64,000 bases of DNA from an uncultured Chloroflexia bacterium (lineage in GTDB: Bacteria > Chloroflexota > Limnocylindria > Limnocylindrales > CSP1-4), in contig CAWHYC010000006.1 in assembly GCA_963833535.1 (NCBI GenBank), positions 41,574-105,573 of the forward strand. Direction: 5' to 3'. The notes below the pieces were generated by a model, which was not told the DNA's origin, made no database searches, and was given only the letters and a program-made list of their open reading frames with translations. Position 1 is the stretch's first letter. Each line of letters opens with the position of its first letter. Position numbers and translations under genes: made by a program. This document shows, in pieces, positions 36,868 through 46,515 of the stretch.

Positions 36868-38688
36868 CTATGGCCGGCTGGCCGCCACGACCGCCAGCCG
36901 CTCCGCGTCGACGAACCCTCCATCCGCCGGCGCCCAACGCGCGTTGGCCTGCATCAACGTCGTTTCGCGCAGATTGCATGCCCTCCATCGATCGAGGTCG
37001 GCGACGACCTTCGCCGGAGGTCCGTCGGCCACGACGCGACCCTCTCGAAAGAGCAGGATACGGTCTGCGTGCGTGAGCGCAAGGTCCACATCGTGAGTCA
37101 CGATGTACAGGCTCTCGATCCCAGGGATGGCACGGACCTGGGCCATGAAGCGCGTCGCGCTGGCGTGATCCTGGCCGGCCGAGGGCTCATCGAGGATCAG
37201 CGTCCGGGGCTGCATGCAGAGCGCGATGGCGATCGACAGCCGCTTCTGCTGGCCGAACGAAAGCGTCATCGGGGGTCGTTCGAGGATGTCCTCCTCGGCG
37301 TCGAGGCCGACGCGTGCCAGGGCGTCGCGCATCAGCTCGTCGAACGTGGTCGCGTCGGCGCCGAGGTTGCGTGGCCCGAAGAGCAGCTCCTCCTGGACGG
37401 TCCGCGCGAAGAACATCTGGCTGGGACTCTGGAAGACGTAGCCGAAGGTGCGTGCCATCTCGGCGACGCGACGCTGAGCGGTGTCCTCGCCGTCGCATGC
37501 GATGGCGCCGCCCATCAGCGCCAGCAGCTTCATGGCCGCCTTGAAGAGTGTGGTCTTGCCCGAGCCGTTGGGTCCCAACAGCGCGACCGTCTCGCCGGCG
37601 CCCAGACGCGCGCTGACGCCGTGCAGGATCTCGCGGTCACCATAGCCAGCACGGACGTCGGTGTAGGCGAGGCGAGGCGGGCGCAGCTCGCTGGGGACAG
37701 CTCCGGGATCCTCCGTCGACGCCGGGCCCGTCTCGCCCGACCGCGCGTGTGGCGAGTCGGCGATGCGCACCGGCTCGCGTGCGATCGTCGGCCCGGCCGA
37801 TGCCGCGGCGTGTGCGCGACGGCGGACCTGCTCCACGATGGCCGCGAAGGGCAGCTTGACGAGCGCCGGATCGGCGATCTCGAGGAAGCCGTCGACCGGG
37901 CCCAGGTAGGCGGTCGCGCCGCGCTCCATGTATAGGACGCGATCGGGGCGCAGTTCGAGCGCCTCCTCGACGCGATGCTCGACGATGACCACGGCGCTGC
38001 CCTCGTCGGCCATCCGTCGCAGGATGGCCAGGAGCTGCGAGGCGCTCGCGGGATCCAGGTTGGCGAGTGGCTCGTCCACGACGTAGAGCTTCGGCCGCAT
38101 CATCAGGATGCCGCCAACAGCCACCAGCTGACGCTCACCGCCCGACAGCGCGGCCGTCTCCCGGCCCGACAGGTGACCGATGCCGGTCCGCTCGAAGACC
38201 TCACGGATCCCGTCGCGGATGACCTCACGCGGCACGGCCAGGTTCTCGGGCCCGAAGGCCAGCTCGGCCTCGACGGTCGCGCCGACGATCTGTCGCGCCG
38301 GATCCTGCAGGACGGTGCCGACGACCTGCGCCAGGTCGCGCAAGCGGAGCTCGGCCACGGGCCGACCCTCGATGCGCACCTCGCCACTCGATGCGCCCTT
38401 GTAGGCGTGTGGGATGAGGCCGTTGATGCCGCGGATGAGCGTGCTCTTGCCGCAGCCAGAGGGCCCGGCCACCAGGAGGACCTCGCCGGCCTCGACGGTC
38501 AGTGAGACGTCGCGGACCGCCGGCTGACTGGCGCGACGGTAGGTGAACGTGAATCCCTCCAGCCGCAGGAGCGGCGCGACCGGGACACCGGTCGGTGACG
38601 TCGTGGCGCCAGGGCTGGACATGATCGGCGTCCCGGCGCCGTGCGCAGCCTCCCTGAGCCCGGCCTCTCCCTGCGGTGTCGCGGTCAC
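36868..38688 (-). CDS. ecfA: ECF transporter fused ATPase (EcfA–EcfA')
   Basis: Two ABC domains (GPSGCGKST...LSGGERQ...VVDEP and GPNGSGKTT...LSFGQQKR...ILDEP). Confidence 0.85.
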   Translation of the reverse strand: MTATPQGEAGLREAAHGAGTPIMSSPGATTSPTGVPVAPLLRLEGFTFTYRRASQPAVRDVSLTVEAGEVLLVAGPSGCGKSTLIRGINGLIPHAYKGASSGEVRIEGRPVAELRLRDLAQVVGTVLQDPARQIVGATVEAELAFGPENLAVPREVIRDGIREVFERTGIGHLSGRETAALSGGERQLVAVGGILMMRPKLYVVDEPLANLDPASASQLLAILRRMADEGSAVVIVEHRVEEALELRPDRVLYMERGATAYLGPVDGFLEIADPALVKLPFAAIVEQVRRRAHAAASAGPTIAREPVRIADSPHARSGETGPASTEDPGAVPSELRPPRLAYTDVRAGYGDREILHGVSARLGAGETVALLGPNGSGKTTLFKAAMKLLALMGGAIACDGEDTAQRRVAEMARTFGYVFQSPSQMFFARTVQEELLFGPRNLGADATTFDELMRDALARVGLDAEEDILERPPMTLSFGQQKRLSIAIALCMQPRTLILDEPSAGQDHASATRFMAQVRAIPGIESLYIVTHDVDLALTHADRILLFREGRVVADGPPAKVVADLDRWRACNLRETTLMQANARWAPADGGFVDAERLAVVAASRP

Positions 38689-39476
38689 GCGGCTCGGATG
38701 AGGATGCGGTCGCCTTCGCTGACCCCCAGCCGCTCGGCGGCCGAGGCCTGGTTGAGCGCGAGGCAGAGCCGGCCGTCGGAATCCTCGAAGAGCAGCGCCT
38801 CGCCGGGTGCGACCCGCCCGAATGTCTCGGCCCAGACGAGCTCCAGCGCACCAGCGCGCAGAGCCATGCCGGTCCTGAGGGGTCCCAGCACCGCCGCCAG
38901 GTCGGCCGGCTCTGCGCCGAGATAGAGGTTGCCGAACGAGTCGACCGTGACCACCGCCACCTGCAGGCCATCATCGAGCGCCTCGGGCCGCACCGGCGGC
39001 AGCTCCACAAGGCTCGTCGGGTCGACCGCCCGACCGAACGACTCGATGGGCACGCCGGCCGCGAGGTGCCCGGCCGCCGGGGCGAAGACGTCGCGCCCGT
39101 GGAAGGTCGTGGTCACCACCGGCAGGCGATAGTCGGCTACCTCGAGGGCGTGGACGCGCCGGATGCCCCCGAGCCGCTCAGCCGCCGAAATGAGCACGCC
39201 GTTGTCCGGGCCGACGAGGACATCGCCGCGGGCGACCTCGATCGCGACGCCGAGTCGCTCGGTGCCGACGCCCGGATCGACGACCGCGAGGTGCGTCCCG
39301 ACCGGCAGCCAGGGCAGGCCGTACCACAGCGCGAGCGACCCGGCGCGGACATCGAAGGCAGGCACGTTGGCGGTCAGGTCGATGACCGTAGCCCGCGGCG
39401 CGATGGTCAGGATGACGCCGCGGCAGATGGCGGTCGCCACGGGTCCGAAGTCGGCAGTCACGCTGATGAAGGCCAC
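38685..39476 (-). CDS. SAM hydroxide adenosyltransferase (DUF62 / SAM hydrolase family), paralog 1
   Basis: N-terminal ISVTADFG and the conserved VVDPGVGTER, GPDNG and DSFGN motifs of the fluorinase/chlorinase/SAM-hydrolase family. GTG start. Confidence 0.75.
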   Translation of the reverse strand: MAFISVTADFGPVATAICRGVILTIAPRATVIDLTANVPAFDVRAGSLALWYGLPWLPVGTHLAVVDPGVGTERLGVAIEVARGDVLVGPDNGVLISAAERLGGIRRVHALEVADYRLPVVTTTFHGRDVFAPAAGHLAAGVPIESFGRAVDPTSLVELPPVRPEALDDGLQVAVVTVDSFGNLYLGAEPADLAAVLGPLRTGMALRAGALELVWAETFGRVAPGEALLFEDSDGRLCLALNQASAAERLGVSEGDRILIRAA

Positions 39477-39487
39477 CTCGACTTCCC

Positions 39488-40381
39488 TCAGGCGCGGCTG
39501 AGCGACAGGCTGAGGCCCTCGCGCAGGCCCAGGACCTGAGCGCCCGAGGCCTGGTTGGCGGCCAGGCAGATGCGCCCATAGGCGTCCTCGTAGGCCAGCG
39601 GCCCGCCCTTCGGCACGCGTCCGAACGTCTCCACCCAAGGCACGACCACGGTCTGCTCGGCCGATCCGTCCGTCCATCGCAGGCGCAGCGGGTCGTCTGG
39701 AGCGAGCGCGCCGACAGCCGCCTCGAGGTCGGCGACCTCGCCGACGAGCTTGACGTTGCCGAACGAGTCGACGTACACGATGGCCGTCTCGAGCGCGCCG
39801 GGGCGTACGCGCGCGATCGGCCACTCCAGCCGCGCCAGCGTGGCCGGGTCCAATGCGCGCCCGAAGGCCTCGATGGGCACACCGTTGGCTAGGTGCGCGC
39901 CGGCGGGCGCGAAGATGTCCCGCCCGTGGAAGGATGTCGAGACGTCGGGCAGCTGGTATTCGCGTGCCTCGAGCCGGTGGGCGGCCGTGATGCCGCCGAG
40001 CCGTTCGGCGGCCGGGATGAGCAGCCCGTTGTCCGGGCCGACCAGGACGTCGCCACGGGCGGTCGCCAGGGCCAGGGGGTGACGCTCGGTCCCGACACCC
40101 GGGTCGACCACGGCGACGTGGGCGCCGACCGGCAGGTAGGGCAGCGTCGCCCAGAGCGTCACGGCGCCGTCGCGGATCTTGAACTTGGCGATCTCGGCGG
40201 TCACGGTCATGACCGTCGCCGTCGGAGCGATGGCGTGGACGACCCCGACACAGATGGCCGTCGATGGATCCCGGGCGCCGAAATCGGTGGTCAGGCTGAC
40301 GAACGGCCGCCCGCGACCAGCCGATGGGTCGGCCGCCAGCGCCGCGGGCGTGGTCTCGGGCTGCAGGAACGTCCTGGGCAT
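39488..40381 (-). CDS. SAM hydroxide adenosyltransferase (DUF62), paralog 2
   Basis: The same motif set (SLTTDFG, VVDPGVGTER, GPDNG, DSFGN). It sits in tandem with paralog 1. Confidence 0.75.
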   Translation of the reverse strand: MPRTFLQPETTPAALAADPSAGRGRPFVSLTTDFGARDPSTAICVGVVHAIAPTATVMTVTAEIAKFKIRDGAVTLWATLPYLPVGAHVAVVDPGVGTERHPLALATARGDVLVGPDNGLLIPAAERLGGITAAHRLEAREYQLPDVSTSFHGRDIFAPAGAHLANGVPIEAFGRALDPATLARLEWPIARVRPGALETAIVYVDSFGNVKLVGEVADLEAAVGALAPDDPLRLRWTDGSAEQTVVVPWVETFGRVPKGGPLAYEDAYGRICLAANQASGAQVLGLREGLSLSLSRA

Positions 40382-40437
40382 GGCGCGGATGGTAACGGCC
40401 GTCCAGCGTCGACGCGACCGGGGTACGCTTCGGGAAC

Positions 40438-41438
40438 GATGACCATGAACCGCGACCGGGGCGGCCTCAAGTGGGACAGGGCGGCCCGCTACCTCAAGGT
40501 CGCGATGATCCTGCACGCCCATCCCGAGGGCATCAGCGCCCAGCAGATCGCCGACCAGATCGGGGTCTCCAAGCGCACCGCCTATCGCGATCTGCAGGCC
40601 ATGGACAACGATGCCGAGCTGCCTATCTGGCAGGACAAGGGTCGCTGGGGCCTGGAGGCCGGCGCCTTCCTGCCGCCGCTCAACCTGACGACGCATGAGG
40701 CGATGGCCCTCTTCCTCGCAGCACGTGTGCTGGCCAAGGCGAGTGACGAGCTCGACAGCGAGCTGATCGCCGCCTTCCTCAAGCTCGGTGGCGTCCTGCC
40801 CGGTGTGCTCGGCGAACACGTCCAGTCGACCATCGACGCGTTCGCCGCGACCCGAACCGTGGACGAGCACTTCACGCGGGTGCTGCGCACGCTGACCGAG
40901 GCCTGGGCTGGGCGTCGCGTCGTCGAGATCGTCTACGGCGCCGGGGTCTACGACACGGCCAAGGAGGTCCGGCGGGCCCGCGTGCGTCCGTACCTCGTGG
41001 AACCCTCCGCCCTGACCCATGCGCTCTATCTCATCGGCTGGGACGAGGCGCGACAGGCGCGACGCACCTTCAAGGTCGAGCGCATCCTCGAGGCTGCGCT
41101 GACACCAGACACGTTCGAGCCGGACGCCGGCTGGGACCCGCGTATCGGCCATGCGCGACGGTTGGGACGTCATCGCCGACCAACCCATCGAGGTCATCGC
41201 GGTGCGCTTCTCGCCGACCGTCGCGCGACGCGTGGCGGAGACGACCTGGCATCCCAGCCAGCGGCTCGAGTGGCATCACGACGGCAGCCTGACATGGCAC
41301 GGCCGGGTGGCCGGGACGCACGAGATCCGTATCTGGATCCTGGGCTGGGGAGCCGACGCCACGGTCGTGGCCCCGCGCGCGCTGCGCGACTCCGTTGTCG
41401 ACGAGCTCGCCCGGGCCGTCGCTGCCTACGAGGCCTGA
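40438..41438 (+). pseudogene. HTH–WYL-domain transcriptional regulator (YafY-like) with an apparent +1 frameshift near 41140–41160
   Basis: N-terminal HTH (ISAQQIADQIGVSKRTAYRDLQ) and a WYL-like middle region in one frame. The conserved C-terminal domain (WDVIADQPIEVIAVRFSP...WHPSQRLE) continues in the +1 frame from 41151. Confidence 0.55.
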
Positions 41439-41461
41439 GCGCTCCCTCCGAGGCTCACTCC

Positions 41462-41882
41462 CTACGAGGCTGAAGCCGCGAGCGAGCGCGCGGCGTGCGC
41501 CGCCTCGACCAGGCGCGGGAACCAGTAGCGCCAGAGCGCCTCATGGTCATCGCGCGATCGGCCGCCGGCCAGCCCGACATGGCGCAGCGTCAGATGGGTG
41601 CGATGCCCGTGCGAGATGGCGTCGAAGGCGACCACCGATGGTGATGCCAAGGGCTCGGCCGGGTAGTCCCAGGTGAAGCTGATGTGCTGTGGCGCATCGA
41701 GGGCGACGACCTTGCCGGCGACCTCGGCGTCGAGCAGGCGCAGTCGGACGGCACCACCCGCCCGCGCTTCGATCGACGCTGCGTCGAGCCAGCGCGAGAG
41801 GCCATCGCCGGTGGATACCAGCGCGAAGACGACCTCGCGAGGCGCGTCGATCTCCGCCTGCAGCTCGACCCGGGCGTCCACG
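41462..41882 (-). CDS. SRPBCC/AHSA1-domain protein
   Basis: Pattern LSRWL...ISFTWDYP typical of the activator-of-Hsp90-ATPase-like family. GTG start inferred. Confidence 0.45.
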
Positions 41883-41940
41883 TCCGCACGATACCCCACC
41901 GAGCCAGCGCCAGCCCCGGTCGGCGCGGCCCGAGCGCCGG

Positions 41941-43383
41941 TCAGACTGCCTTGACGGCGGCGATCAGCTCGGCCAGGCCGGCCTTGGCGTCGGCGAAGAA
42001 CATGGCCGTCTTGGGGTTGACATAGAGCTCGTTGTCGATGCCAGCGTAGCCACGGCCCATCGAGCGCTTGATGACGATGATGCTCTTGGCCTGGTCGACG
42101 TCGAGGATGGGCATGCCCGAGACCGGCGTGCCGGGCCGCCGCGCGGCCGGGTTGGTGACGTCGTTGGCACCGATGACCAGGGCCACGTCGCAGCGCGGGA
42201 ACTCGGGGTTGATCTCCTCCATCTCCTTGAGCTGCGGGTAGGGCACGTTGGCCTCGGCCAGCAGCACGTTCATGTGGCCGGGCATGCGCCCGGCGACGGG
42301 ATGGATGGCGTACTTGACGTCGACCCCGCGCGACTCGAGGAGCTCGGCCAGCTCCCGGACGCCATGCTGCGCCTGGGCCACGGCCAGGCCGTAGCCGGGC
42401 ACGATGATGACGCTGCTGGCGTAGGCCAGCTGGATGGCAGCATCGTCCGCGGACACCGAGCGGACCGAGCCGCCGGGTCCACCAGCGTCGGCGACCGTGC
42501 CCTCGCCGCCGCCGAAGCCGCCGGCGATGATGTTCAGGATCGAGCGGTTCATGGCATCGGCCATGAGCTTGGTCAGGATGCCGCCCGAGGCACCGACCAG
42601 CGCGCCGGCGATGATGAGGACCGGGTTGCCGATGACGAAGCCGGCCATCGCGGCGGCGGTGCCGGTGAACGAGTTGAGCAGCGAGATGACGACCGGCATG
42701 TCGGCGCCGCCGATGGGCAGGACCATGGTCACGCCGAAGGCCAACCCGGCCAGGACCACGGCGGCCAGGATGGCCACGCTGGTCGTGGCGTCGAGGGTCA
42801 GCACGCCGGCCGAGCTGAGCACCAACGCGAGCAACCCGACCACGGCCACTGCGGCCAGCAGGAAGGTCACCGCGCGGCCGCCCGGGATATGGATCGGCTT
42901 GCCCGAGATGACGCCCTGCAGCTTGCCCGACGCGATCAGCGAGCCGGAGAAGGTGACGCAGCCGATGACCGCGCCGAGGACCACGAAGATCGACGTCGAG
43001 ACGGTCGCCTCCGGGGTGCCGACGATGTGCAGGTAGTCGTCGATGGCGACCAGCGCCGCCGCGCCACCGCCGACCGCGTTGAAGAGCGAGACCAGCTGCG
43101 GCATGGCCGTCATCTGCACGGTCCGGGCCATCCACAGGCCGACGCCGCCGCCGATGGCGAAGCCGACCACGATGATGACGATGGCCGTCGTGCTCAGACC
43201 GCCTGGCCGGGTGGCCAGGTACGGGATGGTCACCAGGACCGCCAGCGTCATGCCGCCGGCCGAGAGGCGGTTGCCGGACCGCGCCGTGGCCGGCGAGTTC
43301 ATCTGGTGCAGCCCGAGCACGAAGCAGGCGGCGCCGGCCAGCCAGGCCAGGAAGACGAAGGTGTAGATCCACTCCTGGGACAT
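41941..43383 (-). CDS. pntB: NAD(P) transhydrogenase subunit beta
   Basis: Multi-TM N-terminal domain and the C-terminal NADP(H)-binding dIII domain (GYGLAVAQAQ...). Confidence 0.9.
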   Translation of the reverse strand: MSQEWIYTFVFLAWLAGAACFVLGLHQMNSPATARSGNRLSAGGMTLAVLVTIPYLATRPGGLSTTAIVIIVVGFAIGGGVGLWMARTVQMTAMPQLVSLFNAVGGGAAALVAIDDYLHIVGTPEATVSTSIFVVLGAVIGCVTFSGSLIASGKLQGVISGKPIHIPGGRAVTFLLAAVAVVGLLALVLSSAGVLTLDATTSVAILAAVVLAGLAFGVTMVLPIGGADMPVVISLLNSFTGTAAAMAGFVIGNPVLIIAGALVGASGGILTKLMADAMNRSILNIIAGGFGGGEGTVADAGGPGGSVRSVSADDAAIQLAYASSVIIVPGYGLAVAQAQHGVRELAELLESRGVDVKYAIHPVAGRMPGHMNVLLAEANVPYPQLKEMEEINPEFPRCDVALVIGANDVTNPAARRPGTPVSGMPILDVDQAKSIIVIKRSMGRGYAGIDNELYVNPKTAMFFADAKAGLAELIAAVKAV

Positions 43384-43697
43384 CAGTCGCCCTCGGTCGG
43401 CTTGGCGGGGGCGACCGGCTTCTTGCGGAACATCTGGAGCATCCGGTCCGTGACCACGTAGCCACCGACCACGTTCATCGAGCCGAAGAGGACGGCGATG
43501 AAGGCCAGCGCATACGAGACCGGGTTGTCGGCCGTGGCGGCGATGAGCATGCCGCCCACTAGGACGATGCCGTGGATCGAGTTGGCGCCCGACATCAGCG
43601 GCGTGTGCAGCGTGGCCGGGACCTTGCTGATGACCTCGAAGCCGACCAGGATGGCCAGCACGAAGATGGCCAGTGCGTTGAGCAGCTCGGGGCTCAT
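43383..43697 (-). CDS. pntAB: NAD(P) transhydrogenase subunit alpha part 2 (membrane)
   Basis: About 100 aa with three TM helices. ATGA overlap with pntB. Confidence 0.8.
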   Translation of the reverse strand: MSPELLNALAIFVLAILVGFEVISKVPATLHTPLMSGANSIHGIVLVGGMLIAATADNPVSYALAFIAVLFGSMNVVGGYVVTDRMLQMFRKKPVAPAKPTEGD

Positions 43698-44854
43698 GCG
43701 GCACCTCCCGCGGCGGGCGCCGGCTCGAGGAGCTTGCGAGTGGCTTCCTGGACGACCGCGCCACCGGTCGCGATGACCGTGGCGGCAGTGATCTCGTCGC
43801 TCATATCGAGCGGCAGGGCGCCGTCCTTGACCAGGTGGCGCACCAGCTCGTAGACGTTCCGCGCGTAGAACGCGGACGCGCCGGCGGGCATCGATGCCGG
43901 CAGGTTGTCCGGTGCGATGATCGTCACGCCATTGTCGGTCACGGTCGTCTCGCCGGCGCGCGACAGCTCGACGTTGCCGCCCAGCGCGCTGGCCGCCATG
44001 TCCACGATGATCGAGCCGCTCTTCATCGCCCGCACCGCGTCGGCTGTGACCAGCAGCGGCGGCCGGCGGCCGGGCACCTGTGCCGTGGTGATGACCACGT
44101 CCATGTTCGCGATGTGGCCGTTCAGCTCGTCCTGCTGGGCTTTCTGCTCCTCGGCGGTCAGGGCGCGGGCATAGCCGCCCTCGCCGGTCGCATCGACGGC
44201 CGACTTGAGGACGATGAAGCCGGCGCCGAGCGACTCGGCCTGCTCCTTCGTCTCCTTGCGCACGTCGTAGGCCTTGACGATGGCACCCAGGCGGCGGGCG
44301 GTGCCGATGGCCTGCAGCCCCGCGACGCCGATGCCCAGGATGAGCACGTTGGCCGGCTTGGCCGTTCCTGCGGCCGTCGTCAGCAGCGGGAAGTAGCGGC
44401 CATAGGCTGCGGCCGCGATGAGCACCGCCTTGTAGCCGCCGACGTTGGCCTGCGAGCTCAGCGCGTCCATCGTCTGCGCCGAGCTGAGCATGCGTGGCAG
44501 GGCGTCGAGGCTGATGGCCGTCACGTTGCGATCGGCCAGCGTCCTGGCCGTGGCCGGATCGATGAGCGGCGTCAGCAGGCCGACGACCGCCTGGCCGGGC
44601 CGCAGGCTGGCGACCTCGTCGGCGTCCGGCTTGGCGACGCGCAGCACGATGTCGGCCTGCGCGTAGAGGGCCTCGGTCGAGACCACGGTCCCGCCGGCCT
44701 CGGCATAGGCGCTGTCGGGGATCAGCGCACCGGCGCCAGCGCCCGCCTCGACGAGCACCTCGAGGCCTGCCGCCTGGTACTTCCCGATGAGCTCGGGCAC
44801 GAGGGCCACGCGACGCTCGGAGGGCGCGCGCTCTCGGACGACTCCAACCTTCAT
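43694..44854 (-). CDS. pntAA: NAD(P) transhydrogenase subunit alpha part 1 (NAD(H)-binding dI)
   Basis: Alanine-dehydrogenase-like dI fold (VLILGIGVAGLQAIGTARRLGA). Confidence 0.85.
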   Translation of the reverse strand: MKVGVVRERAPSERRVALVPELIGKYQAAGLEVLVEAGAGAGALIPDSAYAEAGGTVVSTEALYAQADIVLRVAKPDADEVASLRPGQAVVGLLTPLIDPATARTLADRNVTAISLDALPRMLSSAQTMDALSSQANVGGYKAVLIAAAAYGRYFPLLTTAAGTAKPANVLILGIGVAGLQAIGTARRLGAIVKAYDVRKETKEQAESLGAGFIVLKSAVDATGEGGYARALTAEEQKAQQDELNGHIANMDVVITTAQVPGRRPPLLVTADAVRAMKSGSIIVDMAASALGGNVELSRAGETTVTDNGVTIIAPDNLPASMPAGASAFYARNVYELVRHLVKDGALPLDMSDEITAATVIATGGAVVQEATRKLLEPAPAAGGAA

Positions 44855-44984
44855 GCGGGGAACCCTTGTCGTACGTGGTCGATATCGCCGGTAAGGATAG
44901 CGGGTCAGGGTGCTCGTAACGGGCTGCCAGCGTGTCTCCTGGACCGCCATCAGAGCGCACTCTTATAGTGTTATGATACTAGCC

Positions 44985-45311
44985 ATGAGATCCGTATCAG
45001 CCCTCGATGTCCGAAAGCACTTCGGCCGGATCCTGGACGAGGCCAGCAAGGGTGAACGCTTCGTCATCCAGCGGGCCGGCCAGCCCATCGCCGCGCTCGT
45101 GCCGCTCGAGGACCTGTCGATGGTCGATCCGGAGCAGCGGCATGCCCGCCGCATGGCCGCCGTCGATGAGCTGCGACGCCTTGGCCAGGAGGCTCGCGAG
45201 CTGTATCCCATGCTCGACTTCGACGCAGTCGCGGCCATTCGGGCGGACCGTGATCGTGGGGGCCGCTGGGATGAAGCATCATCAGACCCCAACGCGGCGC
45301 GTTCGCCATGA
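44985..45311 (+). CDS. Phd/YefM-family antitoxin
   Basis: N-terminal VRKHFGRILDEASKGERFVI. ATGA overlap with the downstream PIN toxin gene. Confidence 0.7.
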   Translation: MRSVSALDVRKHFGRILDEASKGERFVIQRAGQPIAALVPLEDLSMVDPEQRHARRMAAVDELRRLGQEARELYPMLDFDAVAAIRADRDRGGRWDEASSDPNAARSP

Positions 45312-45730
45312 CCTTCCTGCGGCAGGCCATACCGGTCGTCCTTGATGCATCCGTCGCAGTCGATGCTGCGCTCGGCGGAGACGCTGACGCCGAGGCGATC
45401 AAAGCCTGGATAGCTGCGCGCCGGATGGTGCTCGTGCCCGATCATTTCTGGCCAGAGACGGCCAACGCCTTACTGGTCCGACGGCGCATGCCCATCGACG
45501 GGGTTCGTCTCCGGTTGGCAAGCCTCGCAGCCACGGGTCTGGAGCGAGTCCCGGCGACGACTCGTCGGCTCGATGAAGCCCTCGGCCTGGCTCATACCAA
45601 TCGGCTCTCGGTCTATGACGGTCTCTACCTACAGGTCGCGATCGAGGCTGACGCCAGCCTTGCGACGCGCGACCGGGCATTGGCCCGCGCCGCCTCAGCC
45701 GAGGGCGTTGAGCTCGAGTCGCTCGACTGA
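45308..45730 (+). CDS. vapC: PIN-domain toxin (VapC-like)
   Basis: PIN acidic residues: D at the N-terminus (VLDASV), the later E/D residues, and the C-terminal D. Confidence 0.75.
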   Translation: MTFLRQAIPVVLDASVAVDAALGGDADAEAIKAWIAARRMVLVPDHFWPETANALLVRRRMPIDGVRLRLASLAATGLERVPATTRRLDEALGLAHTNRLSVYDGLYLQVAIEADASLATRDRALARAASAEGVELESLD

Positions 45731-45788
45731 TTCGACGTCCAGCCCGGCCGATACGAGGTCTCGTGGGAGCCACGGCTAGACTCCAGCC

Positions 45789-46454
45789 ATGAAGCGAACC
45801 GCCGCCGCTCTGCTCGTCCTGGTCCTTGCCGCCTGCACGGCCACGACCGCCCCAACACCATCTGGCTCGCCTGGGCCGACGACCTCCGCACCCACGGCCG
45901 CCCCGACGACGCCGACGGCCACGGACGCGCCGACAACAGCGCCGACAAGCACCGAGACAGCGGAACCCGAGCCGACGGCCGGCCTGGGCGACTTCATCTG
46001 CAGCTTTCCGTACGCCGTAGATGGGAACGCGGAGCGCGCGCAGATCAGCGACGTGCGCGTCGGTGCCCACGAAGGCTATGACCGCATCGTCTTCGAGTTC
46101 GAAAAGGGCATCCCGGCGCTGGACGTCAAGGTCGGCAAGCCACCCTTCACCAAGGACCCCAGCGGGCTCCCGCTCGAGGTCGCCGGTGACGTCTTCCTGG
46201 TCTTCACCCTCCGGGGTGGCACGGCGGTCACCCCGACCGGTCGGGTGACCTATGACGGCCCGACCGACTTCACGCCCGGTTTCACGCCCGACCACCCACC
46301 TCTCGTCCAGTTCGTCCAGGCCGGGGACTTCGAGGCGCAGAGCGAGTGGGTCGCCGGCCTGACCAAACCGGTCGGCATGACCGAGCCTGACTGCATCCGC
46401 GTCTTCGCCCTCAGCGACCCAGACCGCCTCGTCATCGACCTCGCGGCGCCTTAG
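45789..46454 (+). CDS. secreted lipoprotein, unknown function
   Basis: Lipobox LAAC, a Thr/Pro/Ala-rich linker, and a C-terminal globular domain. Confidence 0.55.
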   Translation: MKRTAAALLVLVLAACTATTAPTPSGSPGPTTSAPTAAPTTPTATDAPTTAPTSTETAEPEPTAGLGDFICSFPYAVDGNAERAQISDVRVGAHEGYDRIVFEFEKGIPALDVKVGKPPFTKDPSGLPLEVAGDVFLVFTLRGGTAVTPTGRVTYDGPTDFTPGFTPDHPPLVQFVQAGDFEAQSEWVAGLTKPVGMTEPDCIRVFALSDPDRLVIDLAAP

Positions 46455-46515
46455 ACGCTCGACGCATCACGGCTGAGGCCCGCTCCTTCTGGCAGCGGTC
46501 CGTACACTGCGGTCC

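Noticed and set aside
41462-43465. 667-aa minus-strand ORF spanning the SRPBCC gene and pntB
   Set aside because: It is a frame artefact. PntB reads cleanly in another frame (41941..43383), and the SRPBCC-like part occupies only 41462..41882 of this ORF.
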